From Kiritimatiellia bacterium (lineage in GTDB: Bacteria; Verrucomicrobiota; Kiritimatiellia; RFP12; UBA1067): 64,000 nt of DNA. Positions 29,530-38,671 of this stretch are shown here, one piece after another. The stretch covers positions 288,001-352,000 of the forward strand of contig JBMNFY010000008.1 in the NCBI GenBank assembly GCA_050949565.1. The letters are read 5' to 3'. Each line of letters begins with the position of its first letter. Position 1 is the stretch's first letter. A program made the translations under genes and the position numbers. Under the pieces are notes generated by a model that had not been told where the DNA came from, searched no databases, and saw only the letters and a program-made list of their open reading frames with translations.

Positions 29530-30118
29530 GCTAAGGATGCGCCAGCATCCTTAGCCAAGGAGGATTTAGGAGTTAGGATTTAGGAGTTTTCGACTTCAGA
29601 GTTCAGAGTTCAGAGTTCGACGTTCAGCGTTCAGAGTTAAAAAACTTTTAACGCCCAACGCCCAACTTTCAACGCTCAAATGGGCGGCGCATGCGCCGCC
29701 GGGCAAGCAGACGCTTGCCCCTCCCGGCGCTCCGCAATGAAACCTGAAACCATCCTTCCGTACAGCGGAAGGCGACTCGTGGGGACACTCGCCCTCCCAA
29801 TCAGGTCAGTCGGGTCAATCAGGTCAAAAATGAAACCATGGAACACGGGCAAGATGCCCGTGCCACACCCTTTTGCAAGGCACATTGTTGCGGGCGAGGA
29901 CGCCCGCGCTCCCGACTCTTTGCTCCCCTTTTCACCAGAAACGCATGATCCTTCGCACATCCCTATCACTACCGATTACGGCTGGATTGAACATTGAACG
30001 TTGAGCGTTTTTGCCTATACTACACGAAGTTTTTTGGAGCACTGCTCGGGTGTTTCACGCGAAGGCGCAAAGACGCGAAGGCTGGAGGGCGAGAGTCCCG
30101 CGAGCCGCCTTCCGCTAT
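29529..30118. repeat. Dense mosaic of repeat modules (12-bp hairpin, two heptamer families, four REP types, 8- and 9-mers)
   Basis: Hairpin 29529-29556; 29701-29725 is the exact reverse complement of 36832-36856; 29750-29797 matches 36881-36928 at 46/48; REP 29844-29866. Confidence 0.9.
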
Positions 30119-30164
30119 AGAGCAAAAGAGAACGGAACCGACACAACTCGAAGGAGCACGTGAA

Positions 30165-31508
30165 ATGAAAGCCAATGCGACGTATTTCATCCGGATTTTT
30201 TTCATGGCCATCGCAGGGACGGTGTTCGCGTTGCAGGCGGATGCCGCGCCCGACGTCTGGAGCCTGGAGGTCGTGAACAAATGGGCGCAGGCGCAGAGGA
30301 CTAGCGTCGGCAAAATCATCCGTGCCGTGCAGGGATGGAACGGCCGCCTGTATTCGGGTTTTGGCGACTACAATGCCAACACCGGGCCGATAACGCTAGC
30401 GGGATACGATCCCGTGACGAAAACATTTGACGAACCATTCGTCTTCACGACGGAGGCCGTGTACTATTTCACGCCGATTTTTGGACGCCTCTATGTGCCT
30501 CCGATCGATCCCAGCACGCATTCCGGCGTGGCCGTTCTTGATTACTCCAAAGGCTGGCAGTTCAAGAGCGTATATATGGAACACTGTTATGGCATTACAA
30601 CATTTAACGGCAAGGATTTGTGGATCGTGGGCTCTGGCGGCGACCATCTCTCGCATGCAAAACGCTCTGTTGACGACGGCAACACGTGGACGCTCGGATA
30701 TCAGGAAGTGTACCTCGACGACGACTACAGCCGCTTCTATTTTGTCGGCACGGTTGGCGGGAAAATGTATTTACAGAGCAGCTCGTCCGGCGCATGCAGT
30801 TCGTATGACGGCACGACATGGACAACGAACAGCTACGGCATCGGGCAGTACGGCAGCAAAACTTCCAGTTTTGCGGGGGTCATGGTTTTGAAGATCAATA
30901 ACTACCTCCATTCCTTCAATGGCACTGGTGCTCCCACGGCGGTGTCGCAAAACTACGTATGTGATTACGTGATTTCCGATGGGGCACTGTATACGCTGGG
31001 GTACGATAGAACGGTGATGCGCACAACCAACTTGCAGAATTGGACGACGTTGAGCACGAACGCTCCGTCGGATGCACATAGCATCGGCGTTCTGGGGCGC
31101 AAACTTTACGTCGGCACGAGAGTGGGCACGATGTGGACCTACAGCGAACCGCTCGACGCTAAACCGCCCGTATGGGTGGTTCCCGACGTGGACCGGACGA
31201 CCGAGGGCTCATCGTTCCCAGGCGTGTTCCGCATCAAGCGCGGCGGCGACCTCTCGCAACCGCTGACGGTGACCTACACGTTCTCAGGCGACGCAGAAAA
31301 CGGAGTGGATTTTGTGCAGCGTCCGCTCTCCGCCACAATCCCCGCCGGCGAGGCCTCCGTGACCGTCGAAATCTTGTCGTTGCGCGACGGGCTCGTCGAG
31401 GGGGACGAGCATGTGAACCTCGTCCTTGACGAAGGCACCGCCGCGTTCGCGGCCGAGTGCCCGCGCGACGCGCGCGTCATGATCGGCAACCAAGGGACAG
31501 GTATTTAG
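30165..31508 (+). CDS. Secreted beta-propeller-like protein with C-terminal Calx-beta-like domain
   Basis: Signal peptide; Asp-box-like RSVDDGNTW; F.I.R.G...PLTV.Y..SG.A.NG.DF and TIPAG...DGLVEGDE.V.L.L. Confidence 0.7.
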   Translation: MKANATYFIRIFFMAIAGTVFALQADAAPDVWSLEVVNKWAQAQRTSVGKIIRAVQGWNGRLYSGFGDYNANTGPITLAGYDPVTKTFDEPFVFTTEAVYYFTPIFGRLYVPPIDPSTHSGVAVLDYSKGWQFKSVYMEHCYGITTFNGKDLWIVGSGGDHLSHAKRSVDDGNTWTLGYQEVYLDDDYSRFYFVGTVGGKMYLQSSSSGACSSYDGTTWTTNSYGIGQYGSKTSSFAGVMVLKINNYLHSFNGTGAPTAVSQNYVCDYVISDGALYTLGYDRTVMRTTNLQNWTTLSTNAPSDAHSIGVLGRKLYVGTRVGTMWTYSEPLDAKPPVWVVPDVDRTTEGSSFPGVFRIKRGGDLSQPLTVTYTFSGDAENGVDFVQRPLSATIPAGEASVTVEILSLRDGLVEGDEHVNLVLDEGTAAFAAECPRDARVMIGNQGTGI

Positions 31509-31589
31509 ACGATTCACGTGTATCGGGCTCAAGCCCTACAACAAGGGGCGGGTGGCACCGTATTTCAAGGGGCTGAAGAAACTTGGATC

Positions 31590-31662
31590 TTAAGGATTTG
31601 GGATTTGAGATTTGCGCTCAACGCCGAAGCATGAAACCTTGAAACCAGTAACCTGAAACCAA
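31590..31662. repeat. Heptamer tracks (GATTTGR)n and (TGAAACC)n between convergent genes
   Basis: taaggatttgggatttgagatttgcgct closely matches the reverse complement of 8517-8544. Confidence 0.75.
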
Positions 31663-31694
31663 ACCTTATCTCACCGACCAGTGAGACAAGGGTG

Positions 31695-32843
31695 CTACAG
31701 CTTAATCGTCGCGTTCTTGACGACCTGCGTGTGCATGCGTTCGTCAGACACATCGACGTGCCGCCCGATGTTCACCAGAGTTCCCACAGCCAACATCGCG
31801 GTGATCAGGTTTGTGCCCCCGTAACTCATGAACGGCAATGCTAGTCCTTTGGTGGGCAGGCAACCGGTTACGACGCCGATGTTGAAGCCCGCCTGAAAGA
31901 CGAGCAGCACCGTCATGCCGAAAGCCAGCATGCGTCCGAGCCGGTCGGGGGCGCGCTGACTGATGCGGATGCCGCACACGAGAATGAGCACGAAGGCCAA
32001 CAAGACGCCGATTGAAAACAGGAACCCGAACTCTTCGCCACCGATCGCAAAGATGAAGTCAGTGTGTGCCTCGGGCAGATAGTTGTACTTCTGGATGCTC
32101 TGGTTGAACCCGACACCCCAAGGCCCGCCGTTCTCGAAGGCGATGAGCGCCTGCTTCAACTGGTAGGCAGCGGCCGAACCGCTCTCCTCACCATGCAGCC
32201 AGGCCCTGATGCGTTCCATGCGGTTGGCATTGGCGAGCACGAAGGTACCGACCACAGCAATCCCCGCCGCACCAAAACCCAGCAGATAGATGATTCGGGT
32301 ACCGGCCACAAACATCAGCAGTCCGCCGACCACGCAGACCACCATCGTCGCGCCGAAATCGGGTTCGAGTACAAGCAACGCTGCGATCACTCCGAAGCCG
32401 AGCACTGGAATGACCGCACCCTTCCAGAATTGACGTACGCAGCGCCCGATGCGATCCATCCAGACGCTCATCACCACCACCGTCATGAACTTCGCGAATT
32501 CGCTCGGCTGCACACGGAACGGCCCAAAGCCTAGCCAGCGGTAACTGCCTTTGACCTTGACACCGATCCCCGGCACGAAAACCAGCATCAGCGCCAGCAC
32601 CACAAACAGATAAAGCCCGATGCTCAGCGCCGGAGTCTCTTTCCACCAGTGGTAATCAAACCGGGAGGCAGCCCAAGCCACGCCGAGAGCCAAGACCATC
32701 CATATCAACTGACGGTTAACAAAGAAGTGCGGGTCGCCGTAAAGACCCTGCGCCCGCACTGAACTGGCCGTTGCCAGCAAAACAATCCCGAAACCCAGCA
32801 GCGACAGGACGACGAGAGCCAACGCCATCAGCGTCGTACGCAT
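31695..32843 (-). CDS. ftsW: Cell division SEDS protein
   Basis: RW..QPSEFAK, EPDFG, LPEAHTDFIFA, PTKGLALPFMSYGG. Confidence 0.93.
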   Translation of the reverse strand: MRTTLMALALVVLSLLGFGIVLLATASSVRAQGLYGDPHFFVNRQLIWMVLALGVAWAASRFDYHWWKETPALSIGLYLFVVLALMLVFVPGIGVKVKGSYRWLGFGPFRVQPSEFAKFMTVVVMSVWMDRIGRCVRQFWKGAVIPVLGFGVIAALLVLEPDFGATMVVCVVGGLLMFVAGTRIIYLLGFGAAGIAVVGTFVLANANRMERIRAWLHGEESGSAAAYQLKQALIAFENGGPWGVGFNQSIQKYNYLPEAHTDFIFAIGGEEFGFLFSIGVLLAFVLILVCGIRISQRAPDRLGRMLAFGMTVLLVFQAGFNIGVVTGCLPTKGLALPFMSYGGTNLITAMLAVGTLVNIGRHVDVSDERMHTQVVKNATIKL

Positions 32844-32860
32844 GTCTCAGCCTCTCGCTG

Positions 32861-33907
32861 TTATCTTACGCCGCCAGGGATCTTCAGGACGGAACCAGCC
32901 TTCAGTTCCGAACCGGTCAGGTTGTTCAACGACTTCAGATCGCTCGGGCTGACACCCCAGCGGATCGCGACCGCATACAGATCCTCGCCTTCTTTGACCG
33001 TGTAGGTCTGGACATTCGGATCAGCGGCAACCGGAGATACCGTCGCGGGGGCAGCGGTGGTCTCCACCTTCACAGGCGCGCTCTCAACCGGAGCGGGCGC
33101 AACAGTCTCGGCGGTAGCAGCCGGAGCAGGCGGCGGTGTCGCAACAGTCGCTTGGGGCTTCGTTTCGGTCTTGGGTGTCGAGGCCGTTGCCTTCGGCGCA
33201 GCCATCTTCGGCGCGGCGGCCTTGGGTGCCGCAGCCTTGGCTGATGTCGTTCCGGCAGGCGTCTTGGTCGCGCCCACAATCTTCAGCTTCTGACCGACGA
33301 GGATTTTGTCGCCCTTAATCCCGTTCGCCGCGCGCAGGTCCGCAGTCTTGACACCGTGCCGGTGGGCAATCACGGAGAGCGAATCACCCGGCTTGACCAC
33401 ATAGATGGTGGTGGAGCCCGAAGCAGGCGCAGCCGTCGCCTTCGGAGCGGAGACCTTGGGCGCGCTCGCGCGAGGCGCTTTCGGTGTCGTCGCCGGCACC
33501 GTACGCACCTGCCCCAGATCAATCTGACCCGGAAGCTGAATCACTTGACCGATACGCAGACGGTTCGGCGAGATCCCGGGGTTGACCGCTACCACATCCT
33601 GCCAGCGCAGGTTGTACTTGTAGGCCACCGCAGAAATCGTGTCGCCCTTCTGAATCGTGTAGGGCGTTGTACTCGCCACCGGCGGCAGCGCGACAGGCGC
33701 CGTCTCCACGGTCGCTGGCACCACCTCAACCGGTGATGCCGACGCGGCCGGTTCTATAATCTGTACCTCGACCGGAGGCAGATCACCACCCGGTAACTCG
33801 CTCACGGTGTGATCCTTCGGTTTTCCAAACATTCCGCAACCTTGCAGCAGGAGGCATCCCGCCACCAGATTCGCACCCGCAGCAATACGCATGATTTGAC
33901 GATTCAT
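32861..33907 (-). CDS. Lipoprotein with three LysM domains
   Basis: LLLQGC lipobox; YTIQKGDTIS, YVVKPGDSLS, YTVKEGEDL; A/P/K/T-rich linkers. Confidence 0.9.
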   Translation of the reverse strand: MNRQIMRIAAGANLVAGCLLLQGCGMFGKPKDHTVSELPGGDLPPVEVQIIEPAASASPVEVVPATVETAPVALPPVASTTPYTIQKGDTISAVAYKYNLRWQDVVAVNPGISPNRLRIGQVIQLPGQIDLGQVRTVPATTPKAPRASAPKVSAPKATAAPASGSTTIYVVKPGDSLSVIAHRHGVKTADLRAANGIKGDKILVGQKLKIVGATKTPAGTTSAKAAAPKAAAPKMAAPKATASTPKTETKPQATVATPPPAPAATAETVAPAPVESAPVKVETTAAPATVSPVAADPNVQTYTVKEGEDLYAVAIRWGVSPSDLKSLNNLTGSELKAGSVLKIPGGVR

Positions 33908-35295
33908 TGTGTCTCCTTATCCTTCTTGCCTTCAGAAAAGAAACGCTCATCAAGATCCGCAACCGCACGGACCCTCTCAGTAAAACGTTCTCCCCTTTCC
34001 CGATAGCTGGTAAATTGATCAAAGCTAGCTGTGCCCGGCGACAACAGTACAATCTCACCCGGCAGTGCCTCGCGCTGGGCGGCGTCAACGGCCCGCTCGA
34101 GCGTGCCGCACTCCTCACAAGGGACGGACGCCGACCACGCCTGAAACATCTGCTCAGCACATCGCCCAATAAGATACACTTTTTCTACGGTTTGTGTCAG
34201 CAACTCTTTTACGCCATCTAGCTCTTTTTCTTTGAGGAGCCCGCCGGCGATTAAGCGCACCCGTCCCCGTGCCATCCGCAACGCGGCGGCAGTCGCCGCC
34301 AGCGTGGTGGCCTTGGAGTCGTTGATGTACCGCACCCCCTGCCGACTGACAGCAACCGTCTGCATGCGGTGCGCCAACGGTTCGAAGCAAGTCAAACCGG
34401 CCTCAATCTGCACATCACTCAATCCCGCATGAATCAACGCAGCCACGCCGGCCGCCGCTGCCGCACTCAGAACGGCATTGTCAAACCAACTCCCCTGCAG
34501 GCTGACCCTGCGGGCATCGCCGCGCAGCACACCCGTCACCGCGTGTTTTTCACAGGCCCAGTCGCAGCCCGCATCCGTCCCGAAGCGTAACAGTTCGACA
34601 CCTTCCGGGATGCGTCCTTCATGCGTCAACCCCGCAGGCAACAGCGCAACACTTCCGGAACGCATGGCGGCAAACAGTGACAACTTGAGCGCCTTGTACT
34701 CGGCCATGTCCGCATGACGGTCAAGATGGTCGACTTGAAGATTCAGCAGGATCGCAATATCTGGACTGAATGTCCGCGTGTGCTCCATCTGAAACGAACT
34801 GACTTCCGTCACCGCCCAGCATAACTCCGGCTGCTCCAACGCCAGCCTGCTGAGTGGAATTCCATAATTGCCGGCTGGCGACGCGGTCACGCCCGCCCTA
34901 TTCAACGTATCCGCGCAGAGCTTGACCAACGAACTCTTGCCCTTGCTGCCGGTCACGGCCAACACGCGCCCCGGCCAGTAACGCGCGCCCAATTCCAGCT
35001 CTGAAATGACCGGTAAACCGCGCGTACGGCACGCCACGATCCACGGATGCTGCATGGTAAATCCCGGACTTGTGACGCACACGTCAAACGGCTCGTCCGG
35101 TAACTCGCCGACGCCAAATCGTACGCTGGCCCCGGCACCGCGCAATCGCTCCGCCACAACGGCGCTGGCCGCGCCGTCGCCTTCATCCAGCACCTGCACA
35201 CGCGCACCGCGCGACACCAACAGCAGCGCTGCCGCCTCGCCGCTGGCCCCGGCACCCAGCACCAGCGCATTCACCTGGTCATACGGTCCATGCAT
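33904..35295 (-). CDS. murD: UDP-MurNAc-L-Ala--D-Glu ligase
   Basis: VTGSKGKS, EVSSFQ, DHLDRH, NDSKAT, LLSPGTASFDQF. Confidence 0.93.
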   Translation of the reverse strand: MHGPYDQVNALVLGAGASGEAAALLLVSRGARVQVLDEGDGAASAVVAERLRGAGASVRFGVGELPDEPFDVCVTSPGFTMQHPWIVACRTRGLPVISELELGARYWPGRVLAVTGSKGKSSLVKLCADTLNRAGVTASPAGNYGIPLSRLALEQPELCWAVTEVSSFQMEHTRTFSPDIAILLNLQVDHLDRHADMAEYKALKLSLFAAMRSGSVALLPAGLTHEGRIPEGVELLRFGTDAGCDWACEKHAVTGVLRGDARRVSLQGSWFDNAVLSAAAAAGVAALIHAGLSDVQIEAGLTCFEPLAHRMQTVAVSRQGVRYINDSKATTLAATAAALRMARGRVRLIAGGLLKEKELDGVKELLTQTVEKVYLIGRCAEQMFQAWSASVPCEECGTLERAVDAAQREALPGEIVLLSPGTASFDQFTSYRERGERFTERVRAVADLDERFFSEGKKDKETQ

Positions 35296-36673
35296 CTAAC
35301 ACTCGCTCCAACTCCATCTTGCGTGACGCCTTTAGTAACACGTTATCTCCGGCACGAACCCGCATGCGCAGAATCGCTGCCGCATCCGCCGTGTCCGCGC
35401 AGCACATCATCCGCGCCGCCGGAAAACCGCACTTCACCGCTTCATCCGCCACGTAGCGCGACGTGTTCGGCCCCACGCCGATCATCTCATCCGGTGCCAG
35501 CGCCGCCACCACGCGCCCCACTTCGCGATGCAACGCTTCGGCATGCGCACCTAATTCTCCCATATCACCCAACACCGCGATCCGCCGACCGTCACAAGGC
35601 ATCTGCATGAAGGTGCGCAACACCGCGATCATGCTCTGTGGATTGGCGTTGTAAGCGTCGTTCACCACGGTGATACCTTCCCGCTTGCTCACGGCCCAAC
35701 GCATCTCTGGAAGGGTTAAGCACGCGAGCCCCTCCGCTGCGTCCGCCGCCGATACACCCGCCGTGCGCGCCGCAGCAAAAGCGAGCAGCAAGTTCGAGGC
35801 GTTGTGTTCGCCGGGCAAGCCGCAACACAACTCGATCTCCGCACCCGTCGCGCGCTCTGACACCCGAATCCGGCCCGCCAGCAAATCCAGCGGCTCGCCG
35901 TAAAAATCCGCATCGCGCGTCACCAGCGAGGTCGTCACGAGCGGTGCCGCCGCACAAGCCGCCAAGCGCTCAAAGCAGGCGGTCTCATGACAGAGCACCG
36001 CCGCACCGTCGGACGGCAACGCGCGCAACAGTTCGCCCTTCTCAAACGCAATCGCCTCCTGCGAACCGAAGTGTTCGATGTGAGCGCTTCCGATGCTGGA
36101 GATAAGCGCGATCTCGGGACGCAGCACATCGGCCAACACCGCGATTTCGCCCGGATGGTTCGTGCCAACCTCAAAGATGCCGTACGCCGTCTCCGCACCC
36201 AGCGTCAACAGGCTTAACGGCAACCCGATTTCATTGTTCAAATTGCCGCGCGTGGCACAAACCGAGCCGCCGCCGCTGCAGAGCGCGGCGGTCATCTCTT
36301 TGACTGTGGTTTTCCCAGAACTGCCGGTGATGCCCACGATGCGCGCCGTCTGCCGTAATCGCCAAGCGCGCGCGACATCGGCCAGCGCACGTCGCGCGTC
36401 ATCCACGCGGATCAACGGCCATCCGGCAGCCTCTTCGGGCGCACGCCACGCCCGCTCCACCAACGCTGCGGCCGCCCCCTTCTGGAGCGCCTGCGCAACA
36501 AAATCGTGACCGTCGAAACGTTCGCCGCGCAAAGCGATGTAGAGACAACCCGGCGTCACCTGCCGCGAATCTTGCGTCACGCCGCAAAAGGTCGCCGGCA
36601 ACGCCTGCGCGTCGCCGTGCGCCCACGCGGCAAACTCGGCCGCGTCAAACACCTGTGGTTGACCGTTTGACAT
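35279..36673 (-). CDS. murF: UDP-MurNAc-tripeptide--D-Ala-D-Ala ligase
   Basis: GITGSSGKTTVKE, NNEIGLP, NDAYNANP.SM, LGDMGELG, LLKASR. Confidence 0.93.
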   Translation of the reverse strand: MSNGQPQVFDAAEFAAWAHGDAQALPATFCGVTQDSRQVTPGCLYIALRGERFDGHDFVAQALQKGAAAALVERAWRAPEEAAGWPLIRVDDARRALADVARAWRLRQTARIVGITGSSGKTTVKEMTAALCSGGGSVCATRGNLNNEIGLPLSLLTLGAETAYGIFEVGTNHPGEIAVLADVLRPEIALISSIGSAHIEHFGSQEAIAFEKGELLRALPSDGAAVLCHETACFERLAACAAAPLVTTSLVTRDADFYGEPLDLLAGRIRVSERATGAEIELCCGLPGEHNASNLLLAFAAARTAGVSAADAAEGLACLTLPEMRWAVSKREGITVVNDAYNANPQSMIAVLRTFMQMPCDGRRIAVLGDMGELGAHAEALHREVGRVVAALAPDEMIGVGPNTSRYVADEAVKCGFPAARMMCCADTADAAAILRMRVRAGDNVLLKASRKMELERVLDAWTV

Positions 36674-36741
36674 GTTCAGATTATCCGACTCTGCCGACGT
36701 AGCAACTAATGCGGGCAAAGCCCGCAACCCAATTCAACCTC

Positions 36742-37140
36742 ACACAAAGGCACAAAGGCCACAACGTTTCCCATTTTTGCGCACCACCCAGATGCCACCC
36801 TCCACTCTTGCCATCGGGCTTGCGAAGCGCAGGGAGGGGCAAGCGTCTGCTTGCCCGCGGACGAGCGACGCTCGTCCCTCCCATCCTTCCGCACAGCGGA
36901 AGGCGGCTCGTGGGGACACTCGCCCTCCAACCTTCGCGCCTTCGCGTGAAACAGCAGAGCAGTGCTTTTACTCTCACGATTGCGAGCCACTGCGTGGCCG
37001 CAATAAGGGAAGTTGACTCGCGACCCGCGACTTGCGACTTGCGGCCAGCCCTGCCCCCAAAAAAATCTGCGTAATCTGTGTCCATCTGTGGATAAAAAAA
37101 ACCGAGCAGTGTTCTCAGAAACCCTTAGTGCCCTTCGTGT
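36742..37140. repeat. Repeat mosaic inside the dcw operon (murE-murF gap)
   Basis: Shares modules with 8405-8560, 14401-14460, 29701-29797 and 30038-30115. Confidence 0.88.
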
Positions 37141-37147
37141 CTTACCT

Positions 37148-38629
37148 TCATGTGAGAACTAACGTGCGCGCCTCCTCCGCCACAACCCGCCGGTCATCGA
37201 ACGGCACGGTGCGATCCGCAAGCTCCTGAAACGGCTCGTGGCCTTTGCCCGCCACCAGCACCACGTCGTCGGGTTCGGCCTCGGTCAACGCCAATCGAAT
37301 AGCCATGCGGCGGTCGGGCTCGACCGCTACCGTCGCGCCGGTCGGCACGCCCGCCAAAATCTCATTGATGATCGCCATCGGCTCTTCGCTGCGCGGATTG
37401 TCCGAGGTCACCACCGCTAAGTCGGCAAGTTCAGCGCAGACACGTCCCATCAACGGACGCTTGGAACGATCACGATCGCCGCCGCATCCAAAAACAACAA
37501 TCAAGCGGCCGCGCGTGATTTCACGCAGCGTGGTGAGCACATTGCACAACGCATCGTCGGTATGCGCGTAATCGACGAACACGGCGGCGGGTAGCGCGGT
37601 GGCCACACGTTCGAGACGTCCCCACTGCGGGCGCACCTGCTCCAGCGTTGCAGCCACAGTATCAAGCGAAACACCCGCGTCAAGGGCGAGTCCCGCCGCG
37701 CACAGCATATTGGCGATGTTGTAACGACCGGCCAGATGCACGTCCAACTCACAGCGATCGCCATCCGGCGTGACCAGCGTGAAGCGACTGCCATCGGGCG
37801 TTACCGACACGTTTTCAGCACGCAGGTCAGCATCCGGCGTGAAGCCGCAGGTGACGCAACGCAGCGGAAGCGTTGCGATATACTCAGCCATGCGCGCGCC
37901 GTAGTCGGAACCGCCATTGAGGCAGCAGACTGCTGCCGCGCCGGGATGGTCTTGTGCAAGTTGCTTGAACAACTGTTGCTTGGTCTGGAAATACGCTTCC
38001 ATCGAGCCGTGATAATCGAGATGGTCTTGCGAGAGGTTGGTAAAGACGGCGGCTTCGAAACGCAGGAATGCGGTGCGCTGCTGTTCCAATGCATGGGAGG
38101 AAACCTCCATCACCGCCGAATCACAACCGGCGCACCGCATCGCAGCCAGCAGACTCTGCAACTCGCAGGCGTCGGGCGTGGTGCGTGTGGCCGGAATCGC
38201 GCGACCGCCATATTCGATCTGCACGGTGGAAAGCAAACCCGGTGTGTTGCCACCGGCACGTAGCAATTCGCGCAACAGCCAAGCGGTGGTGGTCTTGCCG
38301 TTCGTACCGGTAACGCCATACACGCGCAGTGCCTTTGCAGGCCAGCCGTTCAGTGCGGCCGCGAGACAGGCCAGTGCGCCGCGAGCATCATTGACCAAAA
38401 TCGTCTGCTTAGACGCATCCGGCACCGGTTTCTCCGCCAGTACCGCGACAGCGCCCTTGGCCAACGCAGCGGCCGCATAGCGCGCGCCGTCATCGCGCCT
38501 CCCGACCAGCGCCACAAAAAGATCGCCCGGCCTGACCCGCCGCGAATCGCTTTGTACACCACTGAAGTCAAGCGCAGGCGGCTTATCTTTCAAGAACGGG
38601 ATGATCTCTGGAATGTCTGTAAATTTCAT
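37148..38629 (-). CDS. murE: UDP-MurNAc-dipeptide--meso-DAP ligase
   Basis: GVTGTNGKTT, MEVSSH, VDYAHT, GCGGDRD, DNPR (DAP-type), GKGHE. Confidence 0.94.
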   Translation of the reverse strand: MKFTDIPEIIPFLKDKPPALDFSGVQSDSRRVRPGDLFVALVGRRDDGARYAAAALAKGAVAVLAEKPVPDASKQTILVNDARGALACLAAALNGWPAKALRVYGVTGTNGKTTTAWLLRELLRAGGNTPGLLSTVQIEYGGRAIPATRTTPDACELQSLLAAMRCAGCDSAVMEVSSHALEQQRTAFLRFEAAVFTNLSQDHLDYHGSMEAYFQTKQQLFKQLAQDHPGAAAVCCLNGGSDYGARMAEYIATLPLRCVTCGFTPDADLRAENVSVTPDGSRFTLVTPDGDRCELDVHLAGRYNIANMLCAAGLALDAGVSLDTVAATLEQVRPQWGRLERVATALPAAVFVDYAHTDDALCNVLTTLREITRGRLIVVFGCGGDRDRSKRPLMGRVCAELADLAVVTSDNPRSEEPMAIINEILAGVPTGATVAVEPDRRMAIRLALTEAEPDDVVLVAGKGHEPFQELADRTVPFDDRRVVAEEARTLVLT

Positions 38630-38671
38630 CAAAGTCTTTCTCTCTGTCCGCAAAGGGGTTTGTCGCACAGG

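Noticed and set aside
31480-31530. Calx-beta protein end NQGTGI* as a second damaged G-hydrophobic-R signal
   Set aside because: The single-base change I tried did not give a clean motif plus stop; too speculative.
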